A DNA stretch of 64,000 bases from Raillietiella orientalis. Lineage: Eukaryota. Below are positions 24,656-35,992 of the stretch, piece after piece; the stretch's first letter is position 1; each line of letters opens with the position of its first letter. The DNA is taken from NCBI GenBank assembly GCA_036172245.1, contig JAYWIR010000030.1, positions 1,240,001 to 1,304,000 on the forward strand. Direction: 5' to 3'. The position numbers were made by a program, and so were the translations under genes. A model generated the notes under the pieces. It did no database searches. It was not told where the DNA came from and saw only the letters and a list, made by a program, of their open reading frames with translations.

Positions 24656-25320
24656 GAAATCGCGCGTCCCCTTGACCGGCCTGGATCGGAAATTGACCCT
24701 CTAGGATCTTTCCAGGTCTTAATCAAGGAGCCACTCGGTAACCGTGGGGGTTACCCCTCTGGTTGTGAGAATGGAGCCGCCATCCATAGCGTGCCATAGG
24801 GCTGGTTGATATTCCCTTCGGTAGGTCGCCTCACCAGTGTCAGGAGTGCACTGCTCCCTTCGGGGAGTGCCTTTCAGAGAAATCAGGAAGCGTCCCTTAG
24901 GGGTTCCCATCAGAGGAGGAAACCAAAGAGCGATTCCCTCGGTAGAAGAAACAATGGAGCAGCCTCCACGGACCGGGAGGTCTCTCTGGAGAGAATAAGG
25001 AAGAGATTCCCTTCAGGGTTCCCCTACCAGGCGAAAGAGGAACAGACTCTTTCCTCCGGAGCCTTCCTGGATTCATAGGGTGGTCCCTTCAGGGTTACCC
25101 CGCCGTAATTCTGAAATTAAACACCCTATGCGGACAGTGCCGAAAGAGCTCCGGGAGTTCCCCCCTAAGGAGGCGAACGGTTCTTCAGCACTTGGCGAAC
25201 TTACAAAGAAAAAAAGAAGAAAGAATGAAAAAAAAAATTCTCCCCAAGAAAGAAAAAAAAAATCTGAAAGAAAAACAGAAAAAGCAGAGAAGAACCCAAA
25301 GGATTCCCATAATCCCAGCC
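24656..25320 (-). repeat. Repeat X structured block (probable long 3' UTR of a second Tx1-like family), locus A
   Basis: Homologous to 32700-33545, 44150-44717 (inverted) and 50191-50830. Contains the motif aggaggcgaacggttcttcagcac at 25168-25191. Confidence 0.8.
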
Positions 25321-25329
25321 AGCCAATAG

Positions 25330-26800
25330 AATGATGATCTCCCTGCGAGGTCGCTCCTAACCTTTAAAAAAAAGAAAAATGGCTGATCGGCAGCCCTGTC
25401 GTTCGGCACAAGGTTCCGCGGGGGCAGCTTCATCACCTCTTTGTATCTTTGCTTATCCTTCTGCATCGGCTTTTCGATCTTCATCTCCCTTGCAGTCAGC
25501 TGGAGCATTGAGCCCCGTCGAAGAGTAAAGGCACATCCTCTCTGCTCCCTCCCTCGCAAGGTACCGTCGGAGGCACATATTTCAAAGAAAGACACGTTCC
25601 ATAATAGGGCTCATTTGCATGACGTCATGCATGACATTAATTTCGGAGCCGCAAACGTCGACATTGCCCTTCTCCCTGCTCGTTGTGGTGAAGGTGAAGC
25701 TGGGACCTGTTTCCAGGTGCCAGGAAAAGTAGACTCCACTTTTGAGGCGCGAGGTGCTGGAATGACGGAAAAGATCCTGGAGAACTGCATCCCTGCCTTG
25801 AATGGACCTCGATGTGTAGAGAAAGAGTGCGTCTCGAGCGTCAGCCAGAGACTGCAACGAGGAACCGCTGTTTGCCTCGCAACCCTTCTCGAGACGGACT
25901 TTCCCAGCATCGGATTGCGCCGTCTCTAAAGGCCATCTGGAGTGCACCGCACATCTGAAAGATACGAGCCTTTGGTTCGTAACTCCGGTTCCTAGGAAGA
26001 AGAGTCTGAAGAGCTAGTCGAGCTCCCTACCATAGTGCTTTGTACCAGTGATACTCCGGTCCATGACCTCCGGAGGCACTTTGATTGAATATGCAAACCA
26101 TTTCAGAATTCCAAACTTCCGAGATGGGATCGAATTGGACTCTGGAGTCATCTGTGGGCGAGGAGTCGGCCAGCGTGCGGCAGATGAAATGAGATGGTTC
26201 TTCCTCTCAGCATGCAGATTTCCGAAGAAGGTCGTGGGCGTAAATTCAGAGATGGAAGTTCAGGATGCCTGATGAAACGAGACTTCATCGCTCGCATTCG
26301 GGAGGAAAGAAGCTGACAGAAGTCGCAGTGGTGCCTTGCGAAACAGCGCCGTTCACTCTGAGGCTGCCTGCCGAAGTCATTATGGATCCAGATATTTTCC
26401 TCCTTACTGATGGTCGCGGAGCTGATTTCCACAGCTGCCCGCGGATGCCCCAGGCGCTTGATAAGGAAGGGGAAGACGGAAGTCGCGCTTTCCTGACACG
26501 CCACCACTAGAAGAATCCAATAAGGAAATAGGAAAAATTCATCTCTTCCCTTCTGGATCAGAGATCTCCTTAAGGCGTGGTGACTCTGAGGGACAAAAGC
26601 TGGAGATGCCCAGAGTCCGCATCGGGTCTGAAGTGCTCCCCTGAACTTTTGAAAACAAGAAGCATAGAGACATCCCGGTATCACAGAGACAAATGAATTT
26701 GCATCAATCTCGGCAGTTTCGGGATAGATGCTGTGAACTGTACCACGCGAGAGTGGCTTAGGGTATCGGAAAAGTCCTCCCATCCAGCGCGCCGGTGCTG
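25330..26800 (-). mobile_element. Decayed Tx1-like ORF2 (APE endonuclease plus linker) upstream of the X block
   Basis: 'IWIHNDF' (GDFN-like) and linker-like 'LFLYTSRSIQGRDAVL..SGVYF'. Frameshifted. Confidence 0.4.
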
Positions 26801-27924
26801 GGCCTCTTAATGTCGAGAAAGTCCCTTGACAAGCAGTCTCTTGACATGCGACAGGTGACAGAATTCTAGGAAAGATGCGTTGGAGATGCTGGATTTGACG
26901 AGTACTGTCAGATAATCTGATGTCTCGAGTGGCTGCTTAGAAGTGCAGTTTGCACTCGGAGCTAAAGAGGCTGGAGTGTCACCAGGGTACACTGGAGATT
27001 TCTTTCCATGGTTTCGGGGATGGTGAGCATGGACGGAGCAGTGATTGGTGAAAAAGAACCGGAGCCTTCAGTGATGCAGTGGAAGAGAAAACATGTTGGA
27101 TTTGGAATGCGCGCAGCGACTCTTTGCCACTTCTGGGAACGTGGAAAAGCGTAGGCTGAGAATCGATTTTTTTTTTGGCGTGATGGAAAGTCCATCTTTA
27201 AAAGTCAAATGTTTCTTCTAGAATCTTTTGCTGTCACCTCTTGTAGAGATTCCTCACCGCTGCTGTGTTCCGTTCGGTTAAGGTCGTTGCGAGCTTTGTC
27301 GACCACAGAAAGGACCTTAGGAGGCAGACGCTGCCGTGGCGAAGAGGAATTTCATTTTGTAAAGGGGAGAGGGAAGCATGTGACTGGATGGTACCCCGAA
27401 GGAGTGCTTAGGGAAGTGGCGACCGGGATTGGCAGCCTCGTCCGTTCGGTCGAGTGTGTCAGCAACTTCATTCTCTGCAGTTTCAGTAATTCTTACGCCG
27501 GTTGATTTTGGATGCTGCACCTCCCTTCCCCTCTGGAAAATCTGGTCACACCATCCTACTGATTATCTGCTTTTGTTTGAACTGTGTGAATTCCTTCGAC
27601 TCATACGAGCAATCCTTGCCCAGCATCTCTGTTTCTTCCTCCAATGTTGAATCCTAAAAGGGGAGTTCCCTTTCGACATTCCGTTTCCGGGCTTTGCTTT
27701 CGGCATTTTGGGTTCAATTTCGTTCGGATCAGTTTAGGTTCATTTAGGTGTGATGCAGGTCTAGTTAGGCTAGATGTGGTCAGATAAGGTCTTTTGTTTT
27801 TTAGGAGAGCTCCAGGGTTCAGTTATTCCAGAGTTCAGCAGCATCTGCCACGTGATAGAGACATCTTTCTTTCTCGAATTGGCATCTCTTCCGTGGCGTA
27901 CAGGATGCACGAGGTAGTTGAAAT

Positions 27925-28110
27925 TATCCCCTTCTCCTCCCCCTTCCTTTTCTTCATCCCTTCCTCTTCCTCTCCTTCTTCCTCCCCCTCCTCCTCCTCC
28001 CATCTTCTTTCTTCCTCTTTTCTTCCTCCTGTTCCCTTCCTCCTTTCTTCTTACTCCTCCTTACGCCTCCCTTCCTCCTCCTTTTCTTCCCTTCCTTTTC
28101 CTCCTCAACA
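27925..28110. repeat. C/T low-complexity tract
   Basis: Almost pure pyrimidine (cct/ctt)n-like run. Confidence 0.9.
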
Positions 28111-28499
28111 GGGAAGTTTGCATCGAATTTTTGAGGAGAAATACCTCAGCAATGAGAGCAGGGGGAAAATTCTGTAGCCTCCGGAACATTCCCCAAAGCG
28201 TCTCCTTCCTCGCGCAAAGTCCTCCCCTTCCCACACGCTCCTTCGTCGAAGGTTCAGGGAGAGAGGGGGAGAAAAGCGGGAAAAATCCAGCAAGGGAGGG
28301 GAAGCGGGAGGAATGTCCTGTTCACCCCACGCGAAATTTCCTGTCTCGCGCACTTTCACTCGCATCGCAGCTTCTTCCGCTCCTTCCGAGATTCTCCCCT
28401 CAGCTGAGGAGAACGGCTGTCGAGTGCCTCGCGGACCGATTCGGGAAGACCGGCGCGAGCGAAAGTCACTCCGCAGGGGGAATGGGGGAGGGGAGGAGT

Positions 28500-29780
28500 T
28501 GAGGCTGCGCATGTAGGGAAGGCGTAACGGGGATGGAGAGAGACTCATCTGCCGTTGAGGCAGCACCGACCTCGTTCACCCCTGGGCGACCTCGGGGGAC
28601 GCCCGAACCTCGTAGGGATCAGGAGACAAAAACACAAGAAAAAAGAGTAAGAAGAAGGAAGGAAAGAAAGGAGAGGGGAACACTTTCTCCCCCCTCTCCC
28701 TTTTCCACCCCAACTTCGAAACGGTGGCCTCCAGATGAGGGTCGGGAAAGCAGGGACGGCAAGGGAGACGGTTGCAGAGCCACGTCCCTTGCTCATGACC
28801 ACGGAGGCTTGCTTCGGTGGCGGGCGCACTGGTGCTCCGGGACCGGGGAGAGCAAGCTCTTTCCTTCTTTCCCCCTTTTTTTTGAGCGTCCCAAGGAAGT
28901 TCGTTCTGGAAGGAGGAGTAGCCTGCTGCCCGGGAGCGGAAGGGATCAGTGCTTTTCCTTCTCCGCGCCTCCGAGACCTTCGACAGGGCAATCCCAGCCG
29001 GTGGCTCTCGAAGCACGGATGCTCCCCAAGAGCGCTGTCCCCCCTCCTTCGAAGCCGCGCGGGCTGACCGTGGGTGCGCTCTGCCGTTCCGCCTGCTAGT
29101 AGGGTCGTCCCTTGGGACGTCCCTCCGTAGTCACCCGATTAGCTCTGGAGTCGCTCCAGGAGACGAGGGAAATCTGGGAGAGCAATCTCGCCCCCAGGGA
29201 AAGGAAGGGGTGGGTTGCACGTCTGCTTGCGCCCCAAACAAGGAAGCGTCGGAGGCGTTGGAGCGCTCCACGAGGGCGTGCAAAGGGAAGGCGAGAGAGC
29301 CGCCTTTTCACCCACGCTGGCAGAGGACGGACAGTCCCTTCCGGTCAGCGGGCCTCCAGAGAAGGCCGCGGAGACTCGCTCCGCATCCTTAGCATCCCTC
29401 TTAGCGGATGCGAGTCCTCTTCACCCTTCCTGAGCTCCGACCTTCCGTGGAGACCCTATCGATGCTCCAAAGACAAAGGGAACACGCGATCCATAAAGCT
29501 GTACGGACGCACCGCCCAGCAGCTCCAGCGTGGAGGTGAACCGCCGTGCACAGCAGCTTTCCTCTCGAGCGTCCCCGGCGCGTTGGTGGCGACTGAGAGC
29601 CACTGCGAAGGCGCGAAACGCACCCGCTGGTGAACTCATGGAGATCTCCTCGGCGACAGTCCCCCGGCGACGGTTCCGTGGTTGCCCTGAGGCAATACGA
29701 GGAGACTTCCTTTTTCTCGTGCGACCGGCGTTGGAGCCGCTGGACGAGGGGAGGAAGGTGTCCCTGAACTGAGTCCGGTG
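28500..29780 (+). mobile_element. Decayed L1/Tx1-like ORF1/endonuclease fragment (+ orientation)
   Basis: 'LESLQETR' (lQET), 'GSVGGVGAL' (SGGVaiL) and 'SSDL' (GGDF-like) occur in APE order. Confidence 0.35.
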
Positions 29781-31449
29781 TGGGAGAGGCAGAACCGCAG
29801 CTCCCGCTACTGCCTTCCGGATTGCGATTTCCCCCTCAATGGGTGGCAGCGGCTCTCTTGCACCCAGAGGACGTTCCCCGGCAGTTGCCTCTCTCTGCGC
29901 AAGGACATTCGACCGACGGCCCACTGGCTATCCTGTGCAGCATCCATGCATCCGTGGCAGCTCTCTTCGCTGCGAGCACCGGACGGAGGTCGAACACCTG
30001 TTAGCCGCCCGCCGCCTTCGATGAGAAGGGAGGCGAGATGACCTCCACCCCCATTCGGAAAGGCGAGAGGACGCCAACTGTGAAGCTGGCAGACTGAGAA
30101 GAGCTGTGACCTTGCCCTTCCCTTCCCCATTTCTGATCCTCTCCTGGCATCAAAAAAATCATCTCCTGACGACTTCCCGTGTTCATTTGACTCTGCTTTA
30201 TTGGCAAAGTTGTGGCGTTGCTCTATAGACCCTGATTTCTTCGAAGGGGCATCACGACTCTCCGGCCTCGCACGACCTCGGCGTGAGGAAGAAACGCCGC
30301 CTCCCTTTTCTTCCTTCTTAACCTGCTGTGATCACGTGTGGATTGGCACCGGTAAAAGACGACGGCAAGGTATCGCTCGATCTTTTCAGATGCTGGAGAA
30401 AACAGAAATATATATTAAAAAAAAAATGCGCATGCAGGAAATCCAAAAGATGGATTCTCGCCTCTTTCTCGCAGCGTATCGTTGGCAACCACATTGCGCT
30501 ACAAATTCCTCCCTCCTGTAGCCGTACTGCATCGGCCATCTTCGGTCACTGCCCGGTCGACTGCTGTCTCGCTAAGCTTCTTCGAAGGGGATGTGACGGC
30601 CTGCTGAGCTGGCACAGCTTCCCGTTGCGTCCCTTCGTCGTCATCGCTGTCCCCACAACCGCCCCTCTCACCCCCCTTTCCTCATGCTCGGCTGAGACCG
30701 CGGTCCGCCGAGTAGTCTAGCCATTCCCGCTTCCACCTGCTGCTCTTCCGGTCGGGTTCGTCTTTTGGCGAGTCAGCGAAGCCGTCAGCCGGGGAACGTC
30801 CATCTCCCCGGCGAAAGAAGACACTGGGATTCGGGAGCAATGATGTCCCATTCGGACGAATTCCACGGCACAGACGGTGGAGTCCGCCCGCCCCAACAGC
30901 CCCGTATTGGCGCCTTTTTTTTTGTGTGTGTGTTTCCTGTCGCAGGCAACGCAAAGTGACCAACCGAGCAAACCCTCAGTGTGATCTGGCCTCAGGGAGC
31001 GAACAGTCTGCAGCGGCGAGAGGAAAGAAAAGTCCATGGGGCAAACCAAGATGGAAAAGGAAGACCAGAAGACTTAATGGAAGTCTGGAAGAACCCAGTC
31101 CAAGGATGTGGCCAGGAGAGGAGTGCCTAGAGAGTGGCACGGTTACGTGCGATGGGAATCCTTCGGTCTGCTTTGGGGGATTCGCGGTCTTCATCCGAGG
31201 GAAAAGACGCCAGGCAGCGGTAACTCAAGGGGCAAGAGATGAAGGGCTCTTGAATCACCAGGAACTGCGGCCGGAAGGCAGCGAACTGAGAAAGCGAGGA
31301 AATGAAGGTGTTGAAGGGGCAGCCAAGGAGGGAGGCCGAAAGTCTTCCCGTCCTCTGAGGAGGTCAGCTCTGGACTCGAAGGGAAGGGTTGGTGAGGTGG
31401 AAAGAAAGGACTCCTGAACGACGCTCCTGCTTTGTTTGCTCGAGTGGTA

Positions 31450-32250
31450 CGGATCCCAGAAAGAAGAGATCTTACTGGCCACTCTATCAATCCCGTTTGC
31501 TGCTTCCTGTCATGGCCTTGATTGCCTGCCGCGCGAACCTCCTCAGCTCATCCGCAGCTGAAGCACTGGATAACAGCAAGCTATGCGGATTCTATCTGTG
31601 GCGGTTGCTTCTCGCTGCATCAATAGTGAGATACCATCTTCTCTCTACTGCCATCACCTTTTGATGGAAACGATTCGCGGATAGTCAGCTGGAAGTCCCC
31701 CGTTCGGGTTGGCCCCTTGCCTACCAGATGAGAGATTCCCCGAGGCTGAAAAGGATGTTAGGAGAGTTCCTCCTTTCTTATGGCATCCGAAACATCTGCA
31801 TCCACTTCATCAAATTCTCCAGGAGCATCTTTTTTATGGGTAGACTTCTTTGGGTTCTCAGATGCTGCGAGTCTCTCATCTGGGCGTTGACTGGAGTTCC
31901 AAACGACTCTTTGCTACCCATGGTTCCTTTCAGTCTTCGCTGGACTTCCATCAGCGCCTTGAGACGAGGATGATTTCCTTCGCAAATTCAGCCTCATCAT
32001 CAACCAGCTTCAAAATCGTTCCCAACAAGACTGCACCCAACAGTCCGGTCTACCGCTCTAGAAAACTCCTTGTCACCTGAAGATGGAAGACATCCAGATT
32101 GACTCATATCTGACTCGCTATTAAGATCCTGTAGTTTCCAGTCGAACAGACGGCTGCTGCAACTGCCGCCTGTGGGCATCCCATTTCAAACTCCTGACTT
32201 GCTATCATTGTGAGACTTCTCACGGGAGTTACGCCTTTGACCCTTGATGA
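31450..32250 (-). mobile_element. Highly decayed CR1/L2-like RT relic
   Basis: 'SGV..GCPQAAV' (GVPQGSVL-like) followed by degenerate downstream RT motifs. Weak. Confidence 0.25.
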
Positions 32251-32699
32251 CTCGTTAATTTCACCTCTGCGATCGTCTCCAATCGTGGTGGAGAGCCGGC
32301 CAGGTCTTTCTGGACAGAAACCCGATCTTCCTGATCAAGCCGCGTGTTTCTTGATCTCGACTGGTCGAGATGGATCACTTGTCAGCGTCACATAGCAACG
32401 GTATGATCGGATCGTATCCGGCTTGAGGATTTCTCCTGCGTCTCTCGAAACCGACACTGACAGTGGAGAACGGATGACATCCCACATCAAGAGGGCCGCC
32501 GGGAAACACCGGAAGTGGGCGGGCCATACCGGGGACGGGTTCGGAGCTCGTGCGCCGGGACGAAGGGAAAGCAACCCTATTGAGGCTTCATCAGCAGTTC
32601 CCGAAAAGACATGGCAGCAGAGGGAGAGCAGGCGTCTTTCCGCATGGCCTTCAGAGTCCCACGATGTCTCGCCGTAAGACGCAAGGCACAGCACGGTGT

Positions 32700-33545
32700 T
32701 GAGAGAATCGGAAATATTGAAGAGGTAGCCAAGAAATGACATTTCCTTCCCTTTGGGGAAGAAATGAGGAATGTCTCTCCTCCGAGAGATCCCTTTGAAG
32801 AGAATGAAGGAGAGGTTCCCTTCGGAGACAACCAGGCAGAGGTTCCCTTCGGGGTTTCCCGCCAAGTGTAAGAGGAACAGAGACTCCTTTCTCTGGAGCT
32901 CTTCCTGGGTTCAGAGTTATCACCCTAAATTGAAGAGTTACACACACCCTTGGGTGGGTGTAACTTCATAAACAGCCGTACCATTCCATACCCTTCTCCC
33001 CCCCTCCCCAACTTCAGTATAACCTGAGCAAGAATTATAAAACCATAAGAAATTGACTCCACATGAGCCTTTGGAAGTCACAAATGAACACCATAAAGTG
33101 GTAACTTCACAAAAAACACTCCTACCAATATTAAACTTTCTACTCCTAATCCCTCATCCCCCATTCTAACAATCAATCTATCTTCTACAAAATTCATAAC
33201 ACCAATTAAAAACCATAAAGATCTAAAAACCGTATAAATAAATATATAAACCCTAGCTCTAAATCTCTCCCTTTGATACCCTCACCATACAACAATTTAC
33301 ACTATAGGAATCACCCTACCCTCAAAAAATACATAAAATATAAAAAAATCAACTCTCGTAAATCTATAAATCACTAGCACACCTGGACAGTGTTAAAGGG
33401 CTTTGTGAGTCCCCACTAAGGAGGCGAACGGTTCTTCAGCACTTTGCGAGCCCAAAAGAAGAAAATCCAAAAAAAAAAAGAAAAGGAGGAGAAGAGAAAG
33501 GAAGGAGAGAAGCGAAAACAAAAGAACCCAAAAGGATTTCCATCA
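32700..33545 (-). repeat. Repeat X block, locus 2 (interrupted by the NUMT)
   Basis: Conserved motif at 33419-33442, shared boundary agaacccaaaagga.ttccatcat, and ggttcccttcgg hairpins. Confidence 0.75.
32967..33383 (-). pseudogene. ND4: NUMT: mitochondrial NADH dehydrogenase subunit 4 fragment
   Basis: Abrupt AT-rich, strand-skewed island. Under the invertebrate mitochondrial code it reads FYVFFEGSVIPM..WWGYQ..., FVKLPLYGVHLWLPKAHVE, MILAQVMLKLG..GYGM, with TGA at Trp positions. Stops and indels are present. Confidence 0.93.
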
Positions 33546-35450
33546 TTCCCATTTGTATCGGAGGAGATCGTCTGCAAACCGTACAAGATGCGATGGACCT
33601 CATCTACCCTCCCTTGCTCCAGTGCTGCTCTCCCTGAGGGACGCAAGGAACAGCGTAATCCCGACAAGGCGGGAAGTGACTTGCTGCATAGCAGCAAAGA
33701 GGAAAGTATTGGGGGCGTGGACAACTCGGAAAGTGACGGACGACTGCGACCCCGAGTGTCTCACCCCACGGACTTCTACAGGCTGCTGCGGGCGGCAGGA
33801 CAGTTGACTCGGAAGTCAGAGTCCGCTGAGGCTCGTGTGCAACGACTCACCTGTAGAAGCGGCTACCTCTGAGGCGCCGAGCCCACACCCCACCTCCATG
33901 ACAGAGACCCAAGCCATCCTCTTCTTCCTTCCCTTCCTCGTCAGTAGCAGCACAGCCGCCATTATCATTTTTTATCACTCCGTTGCATCATCGATCGCCA
34001 CCAACTCCACCGCCATCATCTTGATGATGGATCGTGGATCTTCAGCCACCCCATCTCAGGAGTGGGCGCTCTACGCGGAAGAGGACGACCAGAGAGGCTT
34101 TGGGGCCGAAACGATCCCTCCCGATTCCCCCACTTCGAACGGGTGGGAAATCCGGCTCTCCTGGACTCCTGGACTTCCACGGGTTCCCCAAAGGGACCGT
34201 TCTGCCGAACAGACCGGGCCTCTGAGGGATATCGGAAGTCGGAACCCGTTTTGGTGGATGCAGCAACACGGAAAGGCCCCTGGATAAAGGCGCCGTTCAC
34301 TTGGAAGGCTTGCGTTCTCTCCCAACAACGAACAACAGTGAGCACCCTCGCTATCGAGATTCTTCCTTGGTCGAATTTGTCAGAGCTGCTCCGGAAGGCT
34401 TCTGCTTCATTCATCTCGAAGAGGAATGAATCCCTGTGCTTCTGCCTTCCTTCAGACCCTTTAATCCTGCTTCTGCCGCTGCAGACGCTTCCTCCCTTCC
34501 TACTCAGCAAAGGAACTCCGCCGCACCATTGCAAGTGTGAAGGAGGAAACCTTTCCTCCTCTCCCACAGAGAGCCACTGCTGTGAAACAGAAAAGAAGTC
34601 TGCCGTCTCGAAGAAATCACTTCGGAGGAAATTTTCCGTCTTTCTCGGGAATTGGAATCTTCGGGATGTGATGGATGTGATTGCTCACGTGATGGATCGC
34701 CGAGGACTCACGGGGAAGATAAATGCTCTATCCTAGATCTTGGAAAAGCCCATGCAGAGGAAACTGGAGCCATTTCCAGATGAAGAATGAAGATGCAGAT
34801 GCAGGGGTGCACGTTCAGGTGTATTCGGTGGCAGCACGAAGATGAATGATTCCCAGCTCTCCTTCCGCGTCTCAGAGACCTCAGCGAGGAGACCTCATCA
34901 TGAGGGATCATCCCCTATGGAGTCTAACTGTTACCCAGAGATCAGAGGGGATGAATTTCCTGGAAGTGCGTGCTGAGGAGGAGTTTTCATTCCAGTTTTC
35001 TTTGCCATTTTCCTCCGAAACATGGAGACTTTCCGAGTAGGAGGGAGCAAGAAGTGCACCCTCGATTTTCCGGAATCGCCAGGTACACCACTGGCCGAGA
35101 TCAGCTGAAGGATCCTGAAAGCGGGAACCCAATCTGTTGGCCAAGGTGGAGTTTACGAAACGTTGCGAGCAGGAGTTATCTGAAGCCCTCAGCTTCCCAC
35201 GCGTCAGGAATGAATCCGCGCATGCGCGCACGTGTTTGCAGAAGCACACGAGTGCGCACGCGCCTCCGTGCTCGTGAGAGTTCCAGCTGTGGAAGGACCG
35301 CGATCGCAGACCCACCTTGGCAGCTTTGCAGGCTTGCCAAACTGACATGAAATATCCGGTCATCTGCGGGAAGTCATCCATTGGGAAGTCAGCCGTGATC
35401 TGAGAAAAGGTTTCCATCAGAGGTTTCCCCACGCTCTTACACAGTCTTCA
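33546..35450 (-). mobile_element. Decayed Tx1-like ORF2 (endonuclease, linker, RT up to FADD) joined to the X block
   Basis: 'GRSRIKG..DSFLF' linker, 'KSRSPGEPD' (KSPGPDG-like), 'VRGVRHSG' (GVRQG-like) and 'RFADDLL' at ~33562-33582. Confidence 0.65.
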
Positions 35451-35664
35451 TTTCAAGAGACGCCGTGATCGTCATCGGAAGCTCCACTTCGCGCTAGAAG
35501 ATGGAGGCAAAATACCGCAACATGTTCATCCTCGCTCGGGATGAGTCCTGAGGGAAAAAAGAAACGAAGGTTACGATGCTTGCGATTTTTGAGCTATCGA
35601 AGGACCCTTATCCTTCGATAGCTGCTCCTGCTCGAGCTCCAGAGGGGCAAAAGGAATTCCAATA

Positions 35665-35992
35665 CAATAGTACCTCGGTATTCGAAGATGTCGGAAGTCG
35701 TCAAACCCAATACTCGTCGCATTTTGTCGAAATGTTTCGACACTCGGCGCATGCTCGGAACTCGACACCCCACTCTCATGATGAAACGAATGAACGCTTC
35801 CGTCTCATAGCTGCTCGTGAACAGTGCTTAACACTTCGATAGAGTGCCTCCCGAATCCTCACTTCTTTTGTGCTTTCCGTGCATTTTAAGCGTTAATCAT
35901 GGTTATATCAAAAAAATTGTTCGGTACTCGTCGGTCTCGCTACTCGTCACGAGTTCCGGAACGAATTGCTGACTGGTAGCGAGGTACCACTG
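35665..35992. mobile_element. Tc1/mariner-type MITE, copy 2 (inverted relative to 4505-4822)
   Basis: TA-CAATAGTACCTC ... GAGGTACCACTG-TA. The body aligns to the reverse complement of copy 1. Confidence 0.85.
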
